DNA of 64,000 nt from an uncultured Nitrospina sp. (GTDB lineage Bacteria > Nitrospinota > Nitrospinia > Nitrospinales > VA-1): contig CALAGQ010000085.1 of the NCBI GenBank assembly GCA_937891765.1, forward strand, positions 39,008 to 103,007, read 5' to 3'. The notes below the pieces were generated by a model that saw only the letters and a program-made list of their open reading frames with translations, had not been told where the DNA came from and ran no database searches. The stretch's first letter is position 1. Each line of letters starts with the position of its first letter. The position numbers were made by a program, and so were the translations under genes. Below are positions 57,360-64,000 of this stretch, one piece after another.

Positions 57360-60056
57360 ATGCAAATACGCGAAATTCATATAGACGGCTTCGGAATATT
57401 CGCCAATAAGCGGATCACCGGACTAGCTCCCGGAATCAATATAATTTACGGAAAAAATGAATTTGGCAAGACCACCCTGCTCGAATTCATCCGGCGGATT
57501 CTTTTCGGGTTCCCCACCAAAAGGGATAGCACCAACCTCTACACTCCTGTGCAGGGAGGATCTATGGGCGGTAGCCTGAAAGTGGTATTGCAAAACAGCG
57601 AGGACCTGATCATTTCAAGAAGCCCCGGCACGCATGGAGGAACGGTAAGGATTTCTACTCCCAGCGAAGTTCTGCAGGGGCAATCCGTTTTGAATCATCT
57701 TCTCGGAAACGCCTCCAAAGAAATTTATAGAAATATCTATGCTTTCACTATTGATGAGTTGCATGACTTCAATACTCTCAGCAGCGATGAAGTCAAAAAC
57801 CGCATCTATGGCGCTGGACTGGGCCTCGGTAATGTTTCCCTAAAAGAAATAGAAAAAGAAATAGAAACTTACTGCTCGCAGATTTTTCGGCCGCGCGGTG
57901 CCTCGCAAATGGGAGACCTGCTGGAAAAAATAAAAATAAACGAACAGGAAATTCTGTTGGCCCAGAAAAACCTGACTCTGTTTGACGAACTACAGGAAAA
58001 GCTTGGCAAACTGCTGAACCAAAAACTCGGCGTGCAGAATTCTCTGGAAGAGCTTGAATCGGGAAAAAGAACTCTGGAAACCCAAATCCGACTTTATGAA
58101 GACACCATCCAGTTTCTGGAAGCGCAAAATAAACTGGCAACACTGGAAGACCTTTCGCAGTTCCCTGAAAACGGATTAAAGACTTTTGAATCCATGAAGC
58201 AGGAAAAGAAAAATCTGATCCTGCGCATTGAAGAAGAACAGTCTGCCCTGCAAACTCTGAAAAATAACCGCGATATTCTGATCGTAAACCATGACCTGCT
58301 TGAGCAGGAAGAAAGTGTTCACCGACTGCAACAGTCCACCCAGTCCGTACTATCCGCCCTGCAGGATCTGGACAGAGTGCAGTTCGAGCGGGAAGACATA
58401 GACATGCATATTGCCGAAGAAATCAAATCCATAGACCGGGACTGGGATGAAGAAACCGTAATGGCATTTGATTTAACCGAAGCAGAAAAAGGTCAGATCG
58501 ACAGTTTTTATGACAGCTTTGAGAGCTTGAGAAAAGAACGGGACTTGTATCAGGACCGTCTGGAGAGCCACCGCAGGATGAAAGCCGAAACAATGTCTCA
58601 AGGGTGGAACATTCCCGATTGGTTGAAATTGTTTTATTACGGTTTCACCGCAACCGGCGTATTGGGGATGATTCTTGGAGGGTACTTTATGAACATCCCT
58701 CTTTTAACAGGCGCTCTGCTTCTTATTGCCGGAGGTATCTTTCTTTTCAAGATGGCTACAAAAGGCAAGAACGAGTTTACCAAGGAAGACCTTACCGAGA
58801 AAAATCTTGCCCGGCAATGGGAACAAAAAGAAAAAGAATTGAATGATAAGTTCCATGAATGGCGAGAGTGGCTGAAGACACGGAACCTGGACCCCAGCAT
58901 TGCCCCCATCACCACGAAAAACATCGACAAAACCGCCCGACAGGTCAAAACCATGCTCGCTCAACGGGCAAGGCTCGATGAACGTATCCTGCAAATGAAA
59001 ACTCTCTGCAAGGAAACGCGAGAAAGTGTTCTCTCACTCAAACCCATGGTTCAAAACGTTTCATTTAAAAATGATCTTTCCTTGAATATCGAGATCATCG
59101 GCCATGCTTTTGATGAGAGCAAAGCCAGCCAGGAAAAAAGCAGCCTGCTGGAAAACCAATATCAGAATCAGGCCGAAAAACTCACGCATCTTGAAAATCA
59201 GCTGGAAAACATTTCTAACGATCTGGCGCAGTTTATCCGTTCATCAGGCGCCAAAGATTCCTTGGACTTCCTGCGTAAGCAATCCATCCTGGATGTTCAA
59301 AAATCCCTGCAGGAAAAAATCGCACAGAAACGCGGAATCATTCAATCCAATATCGGGCTGGGCTCGCATTTTGATAAATTTATTGAAGCCATCCAAACCG
59401 CTCCGCTCGAAGAAATTAAACAAAAGTTGAGCCGTCTCCAGGTTGAGCTGGTAGAACGGCACGACAACCGCGAGCAATTGCTACAGGATATCGGCGAAAC
59501 CCGCAACGAAATTGAAAAACTGTCCTCCAACAACGACCTGATCGCGAAGCAAACGGAAGTGGAATTTCTGAAACAACAATTGCAATCTCTGGCCCGGGAA
59601 TGGGCCGCTTACAGGGGGACTCTGGTTCTCCTTGATGCCGCCAAGCAGGAATATGAAAAAACCCGGCAACCCGGGGTGATCCGTTCGGCAGAAAATCTGT
59701 TTACCCAAATTACTGGCGGTAATTACCACCGCATCATCAAACCCATCGACCAGGATGAAGTGTTGATAGAAAACGACCAGCACCAGAGAAAAGGGGTCCT
59801 AGAAATGAGCCGGGGAACTCGTGAACAACTCTATCTGGCCATGCGGTTCGGCCTGATCAATGAATATGAAACCCGCTCCGAACCGCTCCCTGCGGTGATG
59901 GACGATATATTCGTGAACTTCGATGATGAACGCGACGAGCGCATCATAAAAATTCTCAGCAAATTCAGTAAGCAGCGACAGGTCCTGGTCCTGACCTGCC
60001 ACCAACGCTCCCTCGAAGCCTATAAAGAAATCGGCGCCACAGCTATCACCGTCTAA
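57360..60056 (+). CDS. SbcC/Rad50-like AAA ATPase with long coiled coils and a central TM hairpin (YhaN-like)
   Basis: Walker A GKNEFGKTT, signature-like MSRGTREQLYLAMRF, Walker B AVMDDIFVNFDDER. Two hydrophobic helices lie mid-protein (FYYGFTATGVLGMILGGYF, LLTGALLLIAGGIFLF). Confidence 0.8.
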   Translation: MQIREIHIDGFGIFANKRITGLAPGINIIYGKNEFGKTTLLEFIRRILFGFPTKRDSTNLYTPVQGGSMGGSLKVVLQNSEDLIISRSPGTHGGTVRISTPSEVLQGQSVLNHLLGNASKEIYRNIYAFTIDELHDFNTLSSDEVKNRIYGAGLGLGNVSLKEIEKEIETYCSQIFRPRGASQMGDLLEKIKINEQEILLAQKNLTLFDELQEKLGKLLNQKLGVQNSLEELESGKRTLETQIRLYEDTIQFLEAQNKLATLEDLSQFPENGLKTFESMKQEKKNLILRIEEEQSALQTLKNNRDILIVNHDLLEQEESVHRLQQSTQSVLSALQDLDRVQFEREDIDMHIAEEIKSIDRDWDEETVMAFDLTEAEKGQIDSFYDSFESLRKERDLYQDRLESHRRMKAETMSQGWNIPDWLKLFYYGFTATGVLGMILGGYFMNIPLLTGALLLIAGGIFLFKMATKGKNEFTKEDLTEKNLARQWEQKEKELNDKFHEWREWLKTRNLDPSIAPITTKNIDKTARQVKTMLAQRARLDERILQMKTLCKETRESVLSLKPMVQNVSFKNDLSLNIEIIGHAFDESKASQEKSSLLENQYQNQAEKLTHLENQLENISNDLAQFIRSSGAKDSLDFLRKQSILDVQKSLQEKIAQKRGIIQSNIGLGSHFDKFIEAIQTAPLEEIKQKLSRLQVELVERHDNREQLLQDIGETRNEIEKLSSNNDLIAKQTEVEFLKQQLQSLAREWAAYRGTLVLLDAAKQEYEKTRQPGVIRSAENLFTQITGGNYHRIIKPIDQDEVLIENDQHQRKGVLEMSRGTREQLYLAMRFGLINEYETRSEPLPAVMDDIFVNFDDERDERIIKILSKFSKQRQVLVLTCHQRSLEAYKEIGATAITV

Positions 60057-60156
60057 CCGGGCAACGCCCGGTGGCAAATTGAAAGATTTTTATCTTGCGG
60101 ACAAGCATTAGTTGCCAATCGGGTTATTGCCCTTTGCCTCCCTCGTTAGAGGATGG
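60057..60156. repeat. hairpin repeat modules (locus G)
   Basis: CCGGGCAACGCCCGG-TGGCAAAT follows directly after the stop. A reverse copy of the CCTCTAACGAGGGAGGCAAAGGGCAAT module lies at 60126-60156. Confidence 0.75.
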
Positions 60157-60168
60157 TATAAATGGGGT

Positions 60169-61494
60169 ATGGCACTACAACTTTTTTCACCAATTTTTTT
60201 GCTGTTTTGGGTGGGGTTCTTATTTATCTCATCTCCTGCTACCGCCAACACGTTTCACCAACTGCTTGAAGAAAAACAGGTGTTGGAAAACCAGTTCGGC
60301 GTGCAAACACTTGAGTGTTTCCCTTTTATCAAGAAAATCGGTTTCACGGAAGACCAGATCCCGCTTATCGCACAGTGTTTGACCGGCACTCACACCCTGA
60401 AAGAGGCTTTCGCCGATTCCAGGAATTTCACTTATAAAGTTATTGGCATCAGCAATCAGTTTTTGAAAACCGCCGGATTCCACACAATCCTGATTCCATG
60501 GACCGCCACTAAAGATGAAGTACTTCAATTCCTCAACTCGCAGCAGAGCCAGGAAGAACAAACCGCCTTTCTCGATAAAATTCGTGGATTGAAGCAGGAC
60601 ATTTCCAAAAAGCTCAGGATAAAGCAGTTTTATTGTTCGCAAGAAGTCTCCAACGACGATTGCTTGAAAGGATATGAAAGTCTGGCCTCGGTGAGACTCC
60701 CCGACAACCTCAGGAGCATCGGCTGGCAGGAAATCGTCATCACCCATTCCCACACCGAGCCGGAGAGCCCCGCAAAACTGATTCTGGGCTTCAACGATTC
60801 TCCTGCCGAGATGAGGGAACACCTGTTGAAAGATCCGTATGAGACTTGGAATCCCCGGAAAAAAATGTATGAAAAAATTCAGGAAAAATATGGCACCCTT
60901 TTTAAAAATAAACTGCAACTGGAAAATCTGATCTGCGCTGCAGATATTTCTATAGACGAGTGCGAACAGGGGGCCAACAACCTTGCTCAGGCCAGCCAAG
61001 GCACCGATTTCAGGATGAAACATTGGGGACGGGTGATTTTCAACCGTTACAACACTCTGATCCAGGACGATTTTCATGCCTTCATTCGGTACGATCTGCC
61101 ACCGGAAGAAATGCAAAACTATTTCTCCCGCAAACCCCTGAAAACCCAAGCCACCGAACAGACAACTCGGGCTATAAAACTGGAGGGGCAAACCAAAAAT
61201 AATTCGACGCGATTGAGAGTGGTTTGCGACCTGAAAGGTCTACGGTCAGATCTTTGCGTCCGTTCCTTCGAAACCTTCATCCGCTTTGTGAAGAAAAATC
61301 GCGACTACCGGGTGCAGGCACCTTGGGACACTCTCATGTTTGTCGATGGCACACAACTAGACCGGGTCAACTTCGCTCTCAACTCAAGCTCCCGCAACAC
61401 CTACCTCTATATAGACGCCAACAGCGATGACGCGCAATTGGCAGCCTACCTCGCCACTAGGCGCCAGCGTGACGCTGGACCCAACGGGCAATAG
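60169..61494 (+). CDS. secreted protein built from four ~100-aa Cys-loop modules, family not recognised
   Basis: Signal peptide MALQLFSPIFLLFWVGFLFISSPATA. Four repeats, each with a Cys pair and a ...E[EV]..[FHY]L end motif. The last 13 codons lie inside a repeat module. Confidence 0.7.
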   Translation: MALQLFSPIFLLFWVGFLFISSPATANTFHQLLEEKQVLENQFGVQTLECFPFIKKIGFTEDQIPLIAQCLTGTHTLKEAFADSRNFTYKVIGISNQFLKTAGFHTILIPWTATKDEVLQFLNSQQSQEEQTAFLDKIRGLKQDISKKLRIKQFYCSQEVSNDDCLKGYESLASVRLPDNLRSIGWQEIVITHSHTEPESPAKLILGFNDSPAEMREHLLKDPYETWNPRKKMYEKIQEKYGTLFKNKLQLENLICAADISIDECEQGANNLAQASQGTDFRMKHWGRVIFNRYNTLIQDDFHAFIRYDLPPEEMQNYFSRKPLKTQATEQTTRAIKLEGQTKNNSTRLRVVCDLKGLRSDLCVRSFETFIRFVKKNRDYRVQAPWDTLMFVDGTQLDRVNFALNSSSRNTYLYIDANSDDAQLAAYLATRRQRDAGPNGQ

Positions 61495-61679
61495 CTATTG
61501 TCTGCTTGCAATAAACTGCCTCGGCTCAATATGTTGCCCTGCGGCGAGCAGCACTAGGCATGGGGCCAATGAGCACCCCTTAGCAGGGGAGGCAATTTGG
61601 CAAAGACTCTATTAAGCCGAGATAAATATTTGCGGGTTATAAAATATATTGCAGTCGGCTCCACGCCGAGTGGCGCCGG
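61454..61679. repeat. hairpin repeat modules (locus H)
   Basis: 41-nt module at 61454-61494. Reverse TTGAGCCGAGGCAG at 61516-61532. CACTAGGCATGGGGCCAATGAGCA at 61552-61575 (21/24 identical to 14420-14443). CCCCTTAGCAGGGGAGGCAATTT at 61576-61598. CTCTATTAAGCCGAGATAAAT at 61607-61627. GGCTCCACGCCGAGTGGCGCC at 61657-61677, abutting the fliW stop. Confidence 0.8.
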
Positions 61680-62141
61680 TTAGTGGGGGATGGCGGTGGT
61701 GGTGCGCATTTCTTCCGGGAGCAGGTAATGGCGGGTGTCGTATTCCATGCTGGTCAGCACGAACTGTTTTGCGATGCCTTTATTGGGATTGATCACCAGC
61801 GGGGCAACGAGATTTGCAGTCATTTCGGTATAATTTTCCGGGATCGTGACAATAGAACGCGTGAGAAACGGTTCATCCGGTTGCAGATCCACCTTTTTCT
61901 TATCCTCTTCCAGCAGCTTCAGTTTGTAGTCCGGCACGTACAGGTGTGGATCAGTGATCACAAACGCCAAATGGGGTGACAGGGCAGACTGCATCCACTC
62001 CATAGGACTTTCCACATTCGGGTTGAAGGGAAGAAAGGTGAACCGGGTTTCCTTCTCAAACCCATACAATCCATCGGGAAATTCGATGATATTTTTTTCT
62101 TCAACGTCGAGAGCGCCGAAGCGGGTTGTTTCGATCTTCAT
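61680..62141 (-). CDS. fliW: flagellar assembly factor FliW
   Basis: 153 aa with the typical N-terminus MKIETTRFG...IEFPDGLYGFE...F.LLP. Overlaps the csrA stop (ATGA). Confidence 0.9.
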   Translation of the reverse strand: MKIETTRFGALDVEEKNIIEFPDGLYGFEKETRFTFLPFNPNVESPMEWMQSALSPHLAFVITDPHLYVPDYKLKLLEEDKKKVDLQPDEPFLTRSIVTIPENYTEMTANLVAPLVINPNKGIAKQFVLTSMEYDTRHYLLPEEMRTTTAIPH

Positions 62142-62377
62142 TTCTTGATTTTGTCCTTCATCAATTGCGACACCTTGGAAGGGTCAAATTGATGCGAGGT
62201 GGCGGCGGTTTGATTCTCTTCCTTGATCCTCAAAAAAACCTCTTCGCGATAAATTTTAGTTTCACGTGGGGCTTCAATGCCCAAGCGAATGTTCTTGCCC
62301 TTTACATCTATAACGGTTATTTTGACATCTTCATTAATTTTGATGCTTTCGCCAATTTTTCGGGTGAGAACAAGCAT
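62138..62377 (-). CDS. csrA: carbon storage regulator CsrA
   Basis: MLVLTRKIGESI...GIEAPRE..IYREEV. Confidence 0.95.
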   Translation of the reverse strand: MLVLTRKIGESIKINEDVKITVIDVKGKNIRLGIEAPRETKIYREEVFLRIKEENQTAATSHQFDPSKVSQLMKDKIKK

Positions 62378-62489
62378 GGGGCGGAGTCCGTTCCTGAATT
62401 GCCTATAAGGAAAGCTGATTAAAATCTACTACGAATGGCATTATAGCAAAAAAGTGCTGAAAAAATAATAATTTATGCCTCAATCCCAA

Positions 62490-62519
62490 TTGACAGGGCC
62501 GGGGAAATTGTGCTAATTT
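62490..62519 (+). promoter_or_regulatory. sigma70 promoter TTGACA-18-(TGc)TAATTT for tRNA-Phe
   Basis: Consensus -35 at 62490-62495 and an extended -10-like element at 62511-62519, about 30 nt before the tRNA 5' end. Confidence 0.5.
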
Positions 62520-62548
62520 TCGCTCTTTTGGTTACAACAAAGTCGTGT

Positions 62549-62624
<76 letters not shown>

Positions 62625-62715
62625 CTACTCGTGGAGAGAGATAACGTATCTCCCTGCTTTCGAGATTTCTTAATCCTGAGAAAACTTTGTAAGTTACCTG
62701 CGGAGGAACTCCACT

Positions 62716-63468
62716 TCAGGCTCCGGTACCCATCCACTCCATTTGCTCCAGATGTTCACGCAATTGCGAAGCGGTCGGGAATTTTTTTAATATCAGGGAT
62801 CCTTTCAATCCACAGCAGATGTATTTTGCTGGCTGAGGCATTTTTGCATACCATTTTTGCCCACCCATGCACTCATGAAAAATCTGGATCAACGCAAGAA
62901 TATCAATTTGCCGGGTTTTATTTTTGGGTGCGGTGTGGTGAAACAAATCCACCAGCTTTAATTCGAATCTCAGCCCGAATTTATTGACGATGATATTATC
63001 GGTGTGTAAGTCGCCATGATATTCGTTGAGAAGATGAATTTCTTCCACACCTTTAACGAGGGCATAGAGCAGGTGAAGGGCCTGGTAGGGGTCCATCCTT
63101 TTGCCTGGCAGAGATTTAAGAAATTCCGACAGGAGCTGGCCTTCAACATATTCCGAGATCAATACCGTGACGGGCATTTTTTTATAAATGAGCTCTTCTT
63201 CGGTGTGGTATTGAATCAGGATGGGACAGTATCTCAGCTTATGAAGTTTTTGCGCATTTCGCTTCGAGGTTTTGTTGCGGATGTTCCTTTGCGGGAAAAA
63301 TAATTTGGCCGCCCGTTCTATTTTGGTATTCACCTCCAGAATTTTATAGACCTCGCCTTCCCACCCCGCACCCAATTGTGAGAGCACGCGGTATTTTTTC
63401 GCAATCATCCTGTCCGGCATTAAATCAAAGGATGAAACTTTCTGGACGGAACCCAATCGTTTCTTCAT
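62716..63468 (-). CDS. small atypical protein kinase-fold protein (RIO/Kdo-kinase-like size)
   Basis: 250 aa. Gly-rich loop GAGWEGEVY, Lys in ERAAKLF, catalytic loop HGDLHTDNIIV, DLF in place of DFG. Confidence 0.7.
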   Translation of the reverse strand: MKKRLGSVQKVSSFDLMPDRMIAKKYRVLSQLGAGWEGEVYKILEVNTKIERAAKLFFPQRNIRNKTSKRNAQKLHKLRYCPILIQYHTEEELIYKKMPVTVLISEYVEGQLLSEFLKSLPGKRMDPYQALHLLYALVKGVEEIHLLNEYHGDLHTDNIIVNKFGLRFELKLVDLFHHTAPKNKTRQIDILALIQIFHECMGGQKWYAKMPQPAKYICCGLKGSLILKKFPTASQLREHLEQMEWMGTGA

Positions 63469-63851
63469 GAACTCCCCTCGTTAAAAACGAACCTCGCTGA
63501 TTGCAAATCTATAACTTTTCGTGTTCCCAATACAATCAAAATTTCGCTCCGGCCATCTTCCATCACATATCTCCTCGGTAAGGATTTTTTATATATTTGA
63601 CGACTAAGCTGGGACTATTTTATCCAATATCAAAAATACATTAACCTGCTTTTTCTGTTAAATATTTATGAACACGATACTTGATCGCCACAGCATTGTG
63701 ACAGCACTAAAGCGCTAGTTCCTCTACTATAGAGTTGCAGTGGTCTAATTTTGATATTTGGTATAGAATGATAAATTCGTATTGAAATCAAAATTGTTCC
63801 GATACAAACCTTGGGAACGGATAGTTGCCGTAGCCCGAACGTAAGAGACCT

Positions 63852-64000
63852 ATGACATCCGAAAATTCTACAGAAGTTCTTCAAAAACGCATCGCAGAGT
63901 TGGAGAAAACCAACAACGAGCTTTCGGCTGCCAATCAGGCAAAAAGCGCTTTTCTGGCCAATATGAGCCATGAGCTCAGAACACCCCTGAACGCCATCAT
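63852..64000 (+). CDS. sensor histidine kinase, N-terminal fragment (continues beyond the window)
   Basis: ATG 63852 opens [49 protein letters not shown]. That is a coiled coil followed by the HisKA H-box. Confidence 0.75.
   Translation, partial: MTSENSTEVLQKRIAELEKTNNELSAANQAKSAFLANMSHELRTPLNAI

Noticed and set aside
61495-61679. Csr/Rsm-type sponge sRNA downstream of csrA-fliW
   Set aside because: There are few GGA motifs, and those present sit in stems or flanks rather than hairpin loops on either strand. The region is fully explained by the dispersed repeat modules.

Overview
This is a 64-kb chromosomal segment, roughly 50% GC by eye. It comes from a bacterium with a Gram-negative-type envelope (RND pump, BamE-like and other lipoproteins, Tat/Sec exported proteins) that probably has flagella (csrA-fliW). 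I cannot assign a phylum from sequence alone. The content is mostly core housekeeping: class II ribonucleotide reductase nrdJ, guaB-guaA, purS-purQ-purL-purF, valS, pepF, mpl, a PBP4-type dacB, an adenosine-kinase-like PfkB kinase, an oppBC-like permease pair, an ABC-F ATPase, a Nif3-like protein, an SbcD/SbcC-like (YhaO/YhaN-type) pair, csrA-fliW and one tRNA-Phe(GAA). I saw no transposase, integrase, phage gene, CRISPR array, rRNA or recognisable defence system. The points worth a second look are these. (1) A translationally coupled chain mpl -> radical-SAM-fold protein lacking CxxxCxxC -> Cys-rich radical SAM enzyme, followed by a CxxC redoxin and UPF0182. (2) A mosaic family of short hairpin repeats occupies at least eight intergenic gaps and sometimes supplies the last codons or stop of genes. 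(3) A protein made of three PCP_red-type repeats is followed by an unannotated 40-codon membrane peptide. (4) Two FGE/SUMF1-domain paralogues are each translationally coupled to a neighbour, one of them a Tat-exported SUOX-fold molybdoenzyme. (5) A secreted protein is built from four Cys-loop modules. (6) Several genes have -10 boxes 5-11 nt from an ATG and no Shine-Dalgarno, which suggests leaderless mRNAs. All functional calls rest on motif recognition by eye; no database search was possible.
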